Made by a program: the position numbers and the translations under genes | The notes under the pieces: generated by a model | Told to the model about the DNA's origin: nothing | The model's database searches: none | The model's input: only the letters and a program-made list of their open reading frames with translations | Assembly (NCBI GenBank): GCA_964540475.1 | Contig: CAZIMC010000001.1 | Location: 97,203-161,202 of the forward strand | Direction of reading: 5' to 3' | DNA: 64,000 bases | Source: an uncultured Gammaproteobacteria bacterium | Lineage (GTDB): Bacteria > Patescibacteriota > Microgenomatia > UBA8517 | Part shown: piece by piece, positions 35,003 to 45,032 of the stretch | How positions within the stretch are numbered: position 1 is the stretch's first letter | Layout of the letters: each line of letters opens with the position of its first letter

Positions 35003-37489
35003 CTATTTTTTCCCGCCTCCACCAACTATTTGAGCAACATCAAAAATTAGACCGAAGGCATTAAGAAGTATCTGCCTTCCACGGCTACCTCTTTGGTCAT
35101 TGGTTTGGATAATTTTTCTTGCGTTACTTAAGCTTTTTTCTGCATAATATTTATTGCCTCTGAATATAAGCCCATTTCTTCCTCCAGCCTGGGCTGCCAA
35201 AAAACCAGCTTTTCCATTTAGTTCCGGTCCCCACAGAAACTGCTCAACCTCCATAAAGGGCCTCGCTGCATCCGGTGAGAAAAGAACCTTTGAAGCCTCG
35301 GAGCCAGCATGACGAGCGCTCTCAACAGTTGCTGCTATTGTTTTGCACTCTATGAGTCTCGCGACCATAGCGCCGACTATATGTCTTCCTTCGTCCGGGA
35401 AAACCCCTTCTGCCGTCTTCTTGCTAATTCCTCCATACACTTGTTTAAGCAGGTCCGCTATTGCATCCATGCTGGTAAATGTGTCTTTGGTCCACATAGG
35501 CAAACCGTTAGCCGTTGACCCGCCAAGAGCCGCCCACATAGCGGCATTAAGCCGGTAGTATTTTTTGATACCTTCTACAGCACTTGGTATAACCATTTTG
35601 CCCATCAATGTCCCGTTAAAAACATCCGAGGGCTTAAATGCAGAATCAAAAGCAACCAAAATTACAGAATAGTCACCCTGATAAACCGCTTTCACCCTTC
35701 GAGGCAGAAATGCCGGTTCCAAAACCATTCTGAACGGGTCCCCGCCCCATGACGGCAGAGGTTTCATTCCGTACTCATCCTTGGATTGGGGGTCACCTGC
35801 TCTGGTGAGCAAGTATTCCCACCGTGTGTATTTTTCTGCCAAAAATGCATCACAAGCAAGCTTGGCAGCCACCATGTTCATTTCGTTTTGCTTGTCTGTT
35901 CCTTGAAGAAGTCTTTCATTAATATAGGCATCAAAGCCACCTTTATATGGCCTATCCTGAATTCCATCGCCACGCAAAGTCTTAGTTCTAAGGTAATCAG
36001 CCAAACCACCAGGTGAATTTGCAGTACTAATGCTAAGATTAAATTCGCTAAATGCCCGCGCTTTACCATCATCAAGAAGATCGCCACAATCTCTACCGGC
36101 AGCAACCGTCATTCCTGCATCTTGCAATATCCGTCTGTAATACTGTCGGACAAGAGGAATGCTTATAACCTTTCTATATTTATCGGGATCGTCTGCCAGC
36201 AAATACTCCCGCCAGGTATCTTGCATGTCTAAACTGGGTTCTCTTTCGTTAGCAGGTGTTTGGGTTACAATTTTTGCATAAGAAGTCGCAGAACCAACAG
36301 AAAGCTCCATGGCACGGGCCGGAACAGTCACTGCAATCATGGCAATTAGATCCTTCTTGGTTTCCTCGACTTCTGCCATTTGCTCAGCATTAAGCTTTCC
36401 TCTACGAGCAGCGTCTCCCAAGTCCCCCAGCCATGTGTCAAGCACCCCTTTCCATCTGTCCGCCAACCCCAACTCGTTAAACAGCCTTAAATTGTTAAAC
36501 ACCCACCTATCCCTGTCTTCTTTCTTGCGAATATCTAAAAACTCAACTTCCGTCCAGGCTCTTTCGTACCGTCTATACTTCCCGTCCCGAAACGTCATCG
36601 TAACATAATCTGGCGGCAGAGGCGCTGCCCCGCCGTCTCCACCTTCGCGCGAGTCGCGAATTTGACGATGCATGGCTCGTTCTAATTGAACAGACGCCTT
36701 ATTGTGAAGTTCCTGCAAGGGCGGGTCTTCATAATTAAAAAGCTCAACGGTCCTGTCTAGAAACGGCTGAGGCGGTATCGTGCCATCCTGAGGCAAAACC
36801 CCACCCTCATCGTCCCACGCCTTCATCATATTGTAAAAGGCTGCGTTTCTATATGCCCCAAGAATCCCCTCAAGTCTTTGGTCCCAGCCGCTTAAGCCCC
36901 GCGCCGTTGCTTCATATCTTGAGACGTCTATTCTTCGTATATCTTCTGCTGCTTGTAAAAAATCCTGCTTTCGTTGGATGTCCTCTATCCTTGCCTTTAA
37001 ATCCTCAAACACCCCAATTCTTTTTGCATAACTTCCAAGGACATTAAGTTCTGCTTTTAGTCTCTGCTCTTTTGTCTGGTCGGGGTTCCTTAAAACTTCT
37101 GTTAGCTCGGATATAACGCGCTTAACAGAGCGGGCTCTCCTGTTCAAAACGGGTTCTTCTTCCGGTGCCATAGTTGGAGTTTCTGTTTCAATTTTGCCTT
37201 TTTTATCCTCTTCTTGTATCCGGTCTGCCATGCGTGCCAAATAGGGCGCAACTTGAGGCCAAACCTCGTCGCCTTCTTCAACCGCTTCTTCTCCCCACCT
37301 GGCAGCTCTGTCACTTAACTGATCCGCATTTAGTGTATCTGCAAGTCCAGTTTGGTGAAGCATGGCAATCTTCTTCCCAGCAGTACCCAGCGCCCCGCTT
37401 CTTAAAGCTACGAATTCTTCCTCCGTAGCTACGAGCCACGATGGTTTTTTAAATTCCTCTATTGGTCTTGGTTTATCAGCTTCCGACAT
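35003..37489 (-). CDS. large soluble hypothetical protein encoded antisense within the T4SS-like cluster, locally GC-elevated
   Basis: 828-aa ORF with no TM helix, Walker motif or recognisable catalytic motif. Spot GC counts are about 45-65% versus about 33% in the adjacent pilin genes. Confidence 0.6.
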   Translation of the reverse strand: MSEADKPRPIEEFKKPSWLVATEEEFVALRSGALGTAGKKIAMLHQTGLADTLNADQLSDRAARWGEEAVEEGDEVWPQVAPYLARMADRIQEEDKKGKIETETPTMAPEEEPVLNRRARSVKRVISELTEVLRNPDQTKEQRLKAELNVLGSYAKRIGVFEDLKARIEDIQRKQDFLQAAEDIRRIDVSRYEATARGLSGWDQRLEGILGAYRNAAFYNMMKAWDDEGGVLPQDGTIPPQPFLDRTVELFNYEDPPLQELHNKASVQLERAMHRQIRDSREGGDGGAAPLPPDYVTMTFRDGKYRRYERAWTEVEFLDIRKKEDRDRWVFNNLRLFNELGLADRWKGVLDTWLGDLGDAARRGKLNAEQMAEVEETKKDLIAMIAVTVPARAMELSVGSATSYAKIVTQTPANEREPSLDMQDTWREYLLADDPDKYRKVISIPLVRQYYRRILQDAGMTVAAGRDCGDLLDDGKARAFSEFNLSISTANSPGGLADYLRTKTLRGDGIQDRPYKGGFDAYINERLLQGTDKQNEMNMVAAKLACDAFLAEKYTRWEYLLTRAGDPQSKDEYGMKPLPSWGGDPFRMVLEPAFLPRRVKAVYQGDYSVILVAFDSAFKPSDVFNGTLMGKMVIPSAVEGIKKYYRLNAAMWAALGGSTANGLPMWTKDTFTSMDAIADLLKQVYGGISKKTAEGVFPDEGRHIVGAMVARLIECKTIAATVESARHAGSEASKVLFSPDAARPFMEVEQFLWGPELNGKAGFLAAQAGGRNGLIFRGNKYYAEKSLSNARKIIQTNDQRGSRGRQILLNAFGLIFDVAQIVGGGGKK

Positions 37490-37627
37490 AATAACCCTTC
37501 TGCCTCGAATTATATCAAGTTTGAGGATTTATAACAAAAATACATGTGAAAAAGGGATGTGGTTGCATAAAGCACTTCACGCAGTAACCTAAAAAATAGA
37601 GCAAAAGACTATTTACTAAATAAATAC

Positions 37628-38722
37628 TTGCCAAATATGCAAGAACAGCATCCGATACCACAACAAATAAGCTCTTATCAGTTCAGGCTGGTGGGCGACA
37701 TGACATTAAAACAGTTTTTCCAGCTAGCAGGTGGCGTTATGGTGTCATTGCTTTTTTACGCGTCTCCCCTTCATCCAGCCATCAAGTGGCCATTTATAAT
37801 TCTTTTTGTTCTTCTGGGTATTGCTCTTGCATTTTTACCTTTTGAGGAGCGGCCATTGGAAAAATGGATTTTAGCATTTTTCCGTTCTATTTACTCCCCA
37901 ACCATCTTTGGCTGGAGCAAGGCACAGATTCCCGTTAAATATTTTCAGGAGGAAGCGGTGTCTCAGCTTGCTCCACAATTTGTTGCCCCACAGGGGAACG
38001 ACACACTTAACGCGTATCTTGCAACTCCTACCACTCACACCACCAGTTTTAGACAACTTGAGCATTCAGAGCAGACTTTTCTTACTAGAATGGGAGACCT
38101 TTTTGCACCCGGAAGTCCCCAAAAGGGAGTCGTTAGTTTGCCTGTTGCCACACAAAACCCACAGACCCCACCACCCCCAGCACAAACCAGCAACATTGGG
38201 AGCACGCAAATTCCGCAAACCCCATTGATTAAAGCGGTCGGAGAAAACAGGACCCGAGTTGTGGTTGAAGAAACTGCTCTGCCACCAGATGTTCAACAAG
38301 CAGCCGTAAGTGAGACTATACAAGCTGCCCCACCACAAGTACAGGTGTCAGAACAGGCTATTTTTTCAACCGAAGCCGCTCCACCACACCCGCCAACTAT
38401 CCCCAACACAATTTCTGGGCAGGTTATGGACCCTGATGGAAAGATTGTTGAGGGGGCAATTCTTGAGATTCGTGATGTAAGCGGAAGGCCGGTAAGAGCA
38501 CTTCGGTCTAACAAGCTGGGTCATTTTCTGATTGTCACCGCCCTGCTTAACGGAGCATACGAAATCATAACAGAAAAGGACGGCCTCGAGTTCAAGCCGG
38601 TTTCTTTTGAAACCACTGGAGGAATTGTACCCCCAATTGCCATTAAGGCTGTCGCGAGAAACACACCCCCTCCTGTAGCAGAAAGTCCAACACCCAATAC
38701 AGCTCAGGTGGCAACCATATAA
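37628..38722 (+). CDS. PrgI/VirB3-like T4SS protein with Pro-rich linker and C-terminal CarboxypepD_reg-like beta domain
   Basis: N-terminus QFRLVGDMTLKQFFQLAGGVMVSLLFY...PFEERPLEKWILAFFRSI (PrgI-family pattern). C-terminal ISGQVMDPDGKIVEGAILEIRDVSGRPV. Confidence 0.5.
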   Translation: MPNMQEQHPIPQQISSYQFRLVGDMTLKQFFQLAGGVMVSLLFYASPLHPAIKWPFIILFVLLGIALAFLPFEERPLEKWILAFFRSIYSPTIFGWSKAQIPVKYFQEEAVSQLAPQFVAPQGNDTLNAYLATPTTHTTSFRQLEHSEQTFLTRMGDLFAPGSPQKGVVSLPVATQNPQTPPPPAQTSNIGSTQIPQTPLIKAVGENRTRVVVEETALPPDVQQAAVSETIQAAPPQVQVSEQAIFSTEAAPPHPPTIPNTISGQVMDPDGKIVEGAILEIRDVSGRPVRALRSNKLGHFLIVTALLNGAYEIITEKDGLEFKPVSFETTGGIVPPIAIKAVARNTPPPVAESPTPNTAQVATI

Positions 38723-38730
38723 AAAAGGAC

Positions 38731-39393
38731 ATGCTAAAAATTCCCATACTCTCAACCCCGGATACCCCCTTGACTGCACCAACACAGCATCATCTGCCAA
38801 TTGCAGATATAACCGACGACATTGTGCTTTTCAAAGACGGAGGAGCAGCGGTTGTTATGGAGTCCTCATCCCTTAACTTTAGTCTTCTTTCAGAAAAGGA
38901 GCAGCAGGCTGTTATTGCCGCCTATGCTGCACTACTTAATTCGCTTTCCTTTGCAATTCAAATTGTTATTCGCACCCAACGTAAAGACATCAGTTCATAC
39001 ATTCACTATCTGGACGAGGCGGCCAGCAAAATCACGAACCCAAAAATGGCAACAGTCATGCAAGGATACCGAAGGTTCATTGTTGAGTCTATTAAGAAAA
39101 AGAACGTTTTGGGTAAAAAGTTTTACATCGTAGTTCCCTTTAGCCCGTTGGAACTCGGAATAACAAAGTCTTTCTTTTCAGCCACCAAAAAGGGGGGTCC
39201 TCTTCCTTTTACAAAATCTTACATTGTCAAAAAGGCAAAAGTAGTTCTCTACCCCAGACGAGACCATCTAATTCGTCAAACAGGAAGGCTTGGTCTTAAA
39301 TTAAGACAGCTTACCACTAACGAACTTGTCGAAACTTACTACACAATTTTTAACCCTGAGCTGCCTGCAGTTAAGAAGGAGGAGGGAGTGTAA
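38731..39393 (+). CDS. VirB4 N-terminal-domain-like protein (separate ORF immediately upstream of VirB4)
   Basis: PIADITDDIVLFKDGGAAVVMESSSLNFSLLSEKEQQAVIAAYAALLNSLSFAIQIVIR resembles N-termini of Gram-positive VirB4 (PrgJ/TcpF-type). Stop overlaps the next start as TAATG. Confidence 0.45.
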   Translation: MLKIPILSTPDTPLTAPTQHHLPIADITDDIVLFKDGGAAVVMESSSLNFSLLSEKEQQAVIAAYAALLNSLSFAIQIVIRTQRKDISSYIHYLDEAASKITNPKMATVMQGYRRFIVESIKKKNVLGKKFYIVVPFSPLELGITKSFFSATKKGGPLPFTKSYIVKKAKVVLYPRRDHLIRQTGRLGLKLRQLTTNELVETYYTIFNPELPAVKKEEGV

Positions 39394-41360
39394 TGAAACT
39401 TAATCTGCCATTTTTAAAGAAAAAAGATACTCAAAATACTGGCCAAACTGTAGTTAATTATATTCCGCCAATCCAAACCAAGCCGACTGCACCATCTGTT
39501 ACCACCACAAATACTGTGCCACCAATCCCCCACACACACCATACCTCGCAACCTCAGTCAAACCAAGCCATAAATTTAGCGGGGCAAGGGTCGCTAGCTA
39601 ACAAGCCAAAGATCTTAAGCCCCACTTTAAGTTTGTACCAAAAACAACTTTCCGTTCAAGACGTTATTGCTCCCCAAGCAAGTGAAATTGATTTTGACTA
39701 TTTTAAGGTAAACGATGTGTATTTTAGGACTCTTTTTATCGCCGGCTACCCTCGGTTTGTCTCTCCTGGGTGGCTAGAGCCAGTGATCAACTTTGACAGT
39801 TCACTGGATATATCTTTTTATATATATCCAGTTGAGGGGAAATCTGTATTAGACGATTTAAGACGTAAAATTGCAGAGATGGAGGCTGAGATTGGTACGG
39901 ATCTTGAGCGCGGAAGGATTGTTGATCCAGGAACACAGGCCAAGCTCGAAGATGCCAGAGCACTACAAGAACAGCTTGTTAAGGGTATAGAGAGATTTTA
40001 TGAGTTTTCATTTTACATAACAATTCCTGCTCCCAGTGTTGAAGAGCTTAATAGAATTACCAAAGAGGTTGAAAGTGTTTTGTCCTCACTTTTGATTGTT
40101 GGAAAACAAGCTCTCTTAGATATGGACAGCGGTTTTTTGTCATCAGCCCCACTGGGTATGGACAGGTTATCAATCACCAGGAACATGGACACAACATCTC
40201 TTGCAACCACTTTTCCGTTAACCTCTGCTGAGCTTTCGTCCGATAAAGGTGTTCTTTATGGTATTAACTCCGAAAATGAATCATTTATTATTTTTGACCG
40301 CTACTCGCTTGAGAACTATAACATGGCAATTTTTGCGACTTCAGGTGCAGGTAAAAGCTTTTTTGTTAAGCTTGAAGCACTTAGGAGTCTATTGCTTGGA
40401 GCTGAGGTTATTATTATTGACCCAGAGAATGAGTACAAATCAATTAGCGACGCCGTGGGCGGAGAATATATTTCATTCTCATTCACCTCCCCTGCTAAAA
40501 TAAATCCATTCGATCTTTCTCAAATCTACGAGGAAGGCGAAAACCAGCTGGGACTTAAAATACTTTCTCTTCACTCGCTATTCAAAGTAATAATGGGTCA
40601 GATCACGCCCTCACAAGAAGCACTGCTGGACCGAGCTATTGTGGGTGCATACCGCGCTAAAGGTATAACAACCGATCCCGAAACACAAAAAAATGAACCC
40701 CCACTAATGGAAGACCTGTATAAAACTTTAGTTGGCATGGAAAGTGCTGAGGCAATGGATCTGGCGGCCCGGCTTGAGAAGTTTGTAAAGGGTAGTTATG
40801 TGGGAATCTTTGATAAACAAACTAATATCGACCTCAAAAATCCATTTACTGTTTTTTCGGTTCGGGACATGCAGGATGCGCTTCGTCCTATCGCAATGTT
40901 TATTATTCTTGATTACATTTGGACAAGAGTCAAAAAAGACCTCAAGAAACGCCTCCTAATCGTCGATGAGGCCTGGCATATGATGAAATACCCAGATACC
41001 GCATCTTTTCTCTGGATGGTCGTTAAACGGGCAAGAAAGTACTTTTTAGGCTTAACAACAATTACACAGGATGTTGAAGATTTTTTGGCACAAGATATTG
41101 GTAAGGCTATCGTTACCAATTCGGCTATGAAACTCCTCCTGAAACAGTCTCCAGCCGCAATAGATAGAATTGGTGAAGTTTTCTACCTTTCTCAGGGAGA
41201 AAAACAACTTTTGTTGGCTGCAAATGTCGGGGAGGGTATATTTTTTGCCGGCCCTCACCATGCCCCGATCAGGGTGGTCGCATCAGAAGAAGAACACAGG
41301 CTTATGACAACCAAGCCACAGGAAGTGATGGTTCAAAAACCAAATGGCCAACAATATTGA
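39393..41360 (+). CDS. VirB4/TraE-family T4SS ATPase
   Basis: Walker A IFATSGAGKSFFVK; Walker B LLIVDEAWHMM; VirB4-type N-domain FRTLFIAGYPRFV; 655 aa. Confidence 0.8.
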   Translation: MKLNLPFLKKKDTQNTGQTVVNYIPPIQTKPTAPSVTTTNTVPPIPHTHHTSQPQSNQAINLAGQGSLANKPKILSPTLSLYQKQLSVQDVIAPQASEIDFDYFKVNDVYFRTLFIAGYPRFVSPGWLEPVINFDSSLDISFYIYPVEGKSVLDDLRRKIAEMEAEIGTDLERGRIVDPGTQAKLEDARALQEQLVKGIERFYEFSFYITIPAPSVEELNRITKEVESVLSSLLIVGKQALLDMDSGFLSSAPLGMDRLSITRNMDTTSLATTFPLTSAELSSDKGVLYGINSENESFIIFDRYSLENYNMAIFATSGAGKSFFVKLEALRSLLLGAEVIIIDPENEYKSISDAVGGEYISFSFTSPAKINPFDLSQIYEEGENQLGLKILSLHSLFKVIMGQITPSQEALLDRAIVGAYRAKGITTDPETQKNEPPLMEDLYKTLVGMESAEAMDLAARLEKFVKGSYVGIFDKQTNIDLKNPFTVFSVRDMQDALRPIAMFIILDYIWTRVKKDLKKRLLIVDEAWHMMKYPDTASFLWMVVKRARKYFLGLTTITQDVEDFLAQDIGKAIVTNSAMKLLLKQSPAAIDRIGEVFYLSQGEKQLLLAANVGEGIFFAGPHHAPIRVVASEEEHRLMTTKPQEVMVQKPNGQQY

Positions 41361-44300
41361 TACAAATAAGCTAACCGGTAAGTTTTTTCTTACAGCTGAA
41401 CTGGTTGCTGAATTAAGAAGACTCTGCGAGAGCTTTAATCCGGTAGAATTGTTGGGTGAGGGCTATCCTTTTATAAATAAGGCAGAGATCCCCGAACTCG
41501 GCTATAAATGGAATAGCCGCTCCGAATTTAACCAAGATATTTTTAATCTTACTGGGAAAAACACTATTAAAGAAGCCCATAGAATTTTGTATGAATGGGA
41601 AAGTGCTCTCTCAAGTGGCGCTCCAGTTGACGAAACTGTTCCCAAAAAAGATCGTCTAGACCAACTAGAGAAAGAGGCAGAAGAAAGACAAAAGGCTGCC
41701 CAGGAAGCAAAAGGCCGCGCTGAAACACAAACGCGGGAGCAAATTGAAAGACTCGAAGAAAAAGCCGCTAGGGAGCGTGTGCGCGCCTCGGACCAGAAGC
41801 CTACCACCGATGTTAATTCTGTTCCGTCGGAAGCTGGATCAACCCCTCTAACTAGAGAGCAGACAAGTCAACCACCTGCAATTAACCCAACCATTTCTTC
41901 AATGCCCTCCACACAACCCGGGGAGATTGGTGTGTCACCGATTACTGATAAAGCAGTGAAGGAAACTCAAAAAATGGTTGCTTCAAATGAGCGACCCGCA
42001 GCTTCTCCGGCTCAATCAACAACCCCCACGCCTATAGGCACCGAAGTTAGCCTAAGTCCCTCAGAACAAAGACGTATCGTTTACCTTGAACCAAAAGAAT
42101 CGCCTGGGCCAGTAAAGCTCAGTGCACAAGAACAGGTTGCAAAAGAACGGCTGGAAGTTTCTGCCAGACAAAACCCTAGATTGTTTGTACAAACAATCTC
42201 CAGCAAAATAGAGAATAACCTTAGTAAAATCCCAGACCCTGCCATTAAGGAGTATGTAACAACACTGCCCAAACCCGAGCTTAAAGCTGCAATAAACAAT
42301 GTTGCCGCAGACTTTACAACCAGACTCTTAATGGGAAATCAGCTGTCAACCGTGCCGTCAGGTGTTTATGCTTCCATGCTTAACTCCGATGACATACCAG
42401 GAGTCCTAAAAAGTGAGGCATTGCCTGCTCTTGCAATAGTAACAGCTTCGTCCGAAGACACGGTGAGGCAGCTCTTAACACCCACTCTTGGCGCTAACCT
42501 AACTGAATTTTTCTACCAGAAACCAGACATTACCTACATAGTATCGACAGAACCCTCAGAGCGAACAACTCATCAAGTTTCGTTGGGTGGCATCGCAGAT
42601 AGCTGGAACGCTTTTAGACAAAACCCAATTGCAGGATTTGTGGAAGGAAAGGCTAAAGAAAAGATTTTAGGAATTGCCCAACAAAGATTCAACACTTTTA
42701 TTGGGAAACTGCCAGCACAGGGCGGGTTAAGTTTCGTTTCAAGGTTTGCCTCCTCGTCAGGAATCAGTTCAGCACTGTCTTACATTGCGGCACCTGCCAC
42801 CCAATACCAAGTAACATCGTCTCTCGGGTGGGTTATTCGCAGTGCTGCCCCGGAAATGGTTCCGGTATTCACAAATCTTGCTGGGAGGATTGGTATAAAT
42901 ATCGGTTTTGGGGCTATAAACACTCTAGCTCCGGTAGCTGCAACAACCCTGGAAGTTGGAGCAGTAACCGCAGTAACAACAACTGCGACTGGAACAGGAG
43001 CGGCGGTTGCTACTAGTGCTGCGGCTACAGCGGCTGGTACAGCAATCGGAGAAGCCGCAGGTGTCGCAGCAGGAACTGCAGCAGCTACGGCAACTGGCAC
43101 TGCAGCAGGTGTATCAGCAGGAGCTGCTGCTGGGTCAGTTGCCCCCATAGTGGGAACGGCTATAGGGGCAATTGTTGGCTTCGTTGCTGGCAAATTACTC
43201 CCTAAAGTCTTGTCGTGGCTCAAGCGAAACAAAAGCACCGCCGTTATATTAGCCTCCTTACCACTAGCTACGGGGGTATTTATAGGGTCTATTCCCCTAA
43301 TTCTTTTCGGCACTGTGTTTGCAATCGGTTTTACAGCAGCAACTGTAGGTGGGGCAAGTCTGTTAACTGGAGGCGTTGGGGGTTTCTTTGGAGGAATATT
43401 TAATGGTTTTTTTGGTCTGGTATTAAAGTCAATTGCAATCCCTTTCATTGTTTCTATTTTGGGATTAGCCGTAAGTATCGCCCTTATTATGTTTATTATT
43501 AATTCCGGCGCATATATTGTTCCCCCACATACAAGCACTGCAATTGAGATAGACCAAAGTCCTTATATTAACGTTTCGAAAGTTGCAAGTGTCACCAATC
43601 TCTCAAACAGCCAACTTACTCCAGCTACGGTTAACTACACGGTTACAATTTCTGCCCCTTTGGGAACAATTTCAAACATATCTTTTAAAAATGAATGTGT
43701 GGTTACTAAATCAGGATCAATACCGCCATGCACTCCCCCACTCCCAAATACTGTTCCGGAAACAATAGGTCCAGCAGAACCGTATGTCTTCACCTATTCT
43801 CAAGAATTTGATTCATCGTTTGCAAACAGTCTCGTTGCTGACACCTTCAGTGTTACAGCCGACGCTCCGGATGCCGCAACGCAAACCTCTATTTCAACCG
43901 CCTCAATTGTCATAGGAAGTCCTCCAACCAGCTGTTTTGAAGTTGTGGGTAGCAACTGGCCTGCTAATCACAAAGCAAATATTATGTCCGCAATTGCAAC
44001 TCTTAGTAGCTCATTCCCAACCTATACAGCTAAAGTTTGTGCAGCTGGAACGGTGAGGCTTGTGTACGATACAACAAAGAATCCCGGTGGTTGGGGTTAC
44101 TACAGCGGAAGAACAATCTACTTTAACGGAGGAGGCTTAAATAGCGCAATCAATGCGCTTTACATTTTTTCCCACGAAACTGGACATCATGTACAATCTG
44201 TCTCATTCGCCTCACTAATGGTTTATTACTTAAATAACTTTGTTGGCTTAGCTCAAGAAAGACCTCTTTGTTCATATGTTAACACAGGCAATCCGTACGA

Positions 44301-44433
44301 AGCGTTCGCTGAAGCTATTGCACTTTTTGTAACACGCGATCAATCATCTCAGTGGAAAAACAAATGTTCTGGGACCTTCCAAACTACCTATCCAAGGCAC
44401 TATAATTTTGCTGAGACAGTGATTTTTAAATAA
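41344..44433 (+). CDS. large T4SS-associated membrane protein with coiled coil, Pro/Thr-rich linker, Ala/Gly-rich TM region and C-terminal HExxH-containing domain
   Basis: 1029 aa; IFSHETGHHV near the C-terminus; multiple TM helices around residues 540-700. Confidence 0.55.
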   Translation: MANNIDTNKLTGKFFLTAELVAELRRLCESFNPVELLGEGYPFINKAEIPELGYKWNSRSEFNQDIFNLTGKNTIKEAHRILYEWESALSSGAPVDETVPKKDRLDQLEKEAEERQKAAQEAKGRAETQTREQIERLEEKAARERVRASDQKPTTDVNSVPSEAGSTPLTREQTSQPPAINPTISSMPSTQPGEIGVSPITDKAVKETQKMVASNERPAASPAQSTTPTPIGTEVSLSPSEQRRIVYLEPKESPGPVKLSAQEQVAKERLEVSARQNPRLFVQTISSKIENNLSKIPDPAIKEYVTTLPKPELKAAINNVAADFTTRLLMGNQLSTVPSGVYASMLNSDDIPGVLKSEALPALAIVTASSEDTVRQLLTPTLGANLTEFFYQKPDITYIVSTEPSERTTHQVSLGGIADSWNAFRQNPIAGFVEGKAKEKILGIAQQRFNTFIGKLPAQGGLSFVSRFASSSGISSALSYIAAPATQYQVTSSLGWVIRSAAPEMVPVFTNLAGRIGINIGFGAINTLAPVAATTLEVGAVTAVTTTATGTGAAVATSAAATAAGTAIGEAAGVAAGTAAATATGTAAGVSAGAAAGSVAPIVGTAIGAIVGFVAGKLLPKVLSWLKRNKSTAVILASLPLATGVFIGSIPLILFGTVFAIGFTAATVGGASLLTGGVGGFFGGIFNGFFGLVLKSIAIPFIVSILGLAVSIALIMFIINSGAYIVPPHTSTAIEIDQSPYINVSKVASVTNLSNSQLTPATVNYTVTISAPLGTISNISFKNECVVTKSGSIPPCTPPLPNTVPETIGPAEPYVFTYSQEFDSSFANSLVADTFSVTADAPDAATQTSISTASIVIGSPPTSCFEVVGSNWPANHKANIMSAIATLSSSFPTYTAKVCAAGTVRLVYDTTKNPGGWGYYSGRTIYFNGGGLNSAINALYIFSHETGHHVQSVSFASLMVYYLNNFVGLAQERPLCSYVNTGNPYEAFAEAIALFVTRDQSSQWKNKCSGTFQTTYPRHYNFAETVIFK

Positions 44434-44438
44434 TAAAT

Positions 44439-45032
44439 ATGGAAAAATTATCATATTACGTCCAAAATAAGAAATGGCTAGTATTTGTTGCACTTCTTGG
44501 AGTTTTACTTATCCTAAGTTTTTTCTTTTTAGCAAAACCTTCTCCAGTACCACCTCCCCCTCAATCTAATGAAGGACTAACGTACAATTCACTTACACCT
44601 GGAGTATCAACTAAAAGCGATGTTTTAAATACTCTAGGAAATCCCCAAGAGGAAGCACAGAGCGAAGGGTCTACTCTCTTGACATTTGAAACAGACAATA
44701 CATCAAGACCAATTGAAATTTATATTCAAAATGATAGTGTTCAGTTAATAAAAGAAGTCATACCGTTCGATGATGAAAGAAGATCAGATACGATTCGTAA
44801 AAGATATGGAAATGCCGATCTGGTAATGTATGGTGAAGGTGCTGTTGCGGATTTTTATCTCTTTGTATACCTAAAGCAAGGTATAGCATATATTGGTAAT
44901 ACCAATTCCGGTAATCTGCTTGAGATTTGGTACTTTTCTCCAACTAATGAAACGACTTTTGTGAATACGTGGGCAAAAAGTTATTCACGAACCCTACCAG
45001 AACCCCATGCGGACACTATCCTTGAATTCTGA
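44439..45032 (+). CDS. N-terminally anchored membrane protein (possible VirB8/PrgL-like; weak)
   Basis: 197 aa; single N-terminal TM helix then a soluble domain; last gene of the cluster. Confidence 0.4.
   Translation: MEKLSYYVQNKKWLVFVALLGVLLILSFFFLAKPSPVPPPPQSNEGLTYNSLTPGVSTKSDVLNTLGNPQEEAQSEGSTLLTFETDNTSRPIEIYIQNDSVQLIKEVIPFDDERRSDTIRKRYGNADLVMYGEGAVADFYLFVYLKQGIAYIGNTNSGNLLEIWYFSPTNETTFVNTWAKSYSRTLPEPHADTILEF

Noticed and set aside
35309-37592. Several 60-100-aa plus-strand ORFs inside 35003..37489
   Set aside because: They are antisense to the 828-aa gene. GC-rich sequence produces long spurious frames.
41344-41360. 17-bp overlap between VirB4 and the 1029-aa gene as a possible frameshift
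   Set aside because: Short overlaps like this are common in operons. Both ORFs have their own plausible start, so no frameshift is needed.
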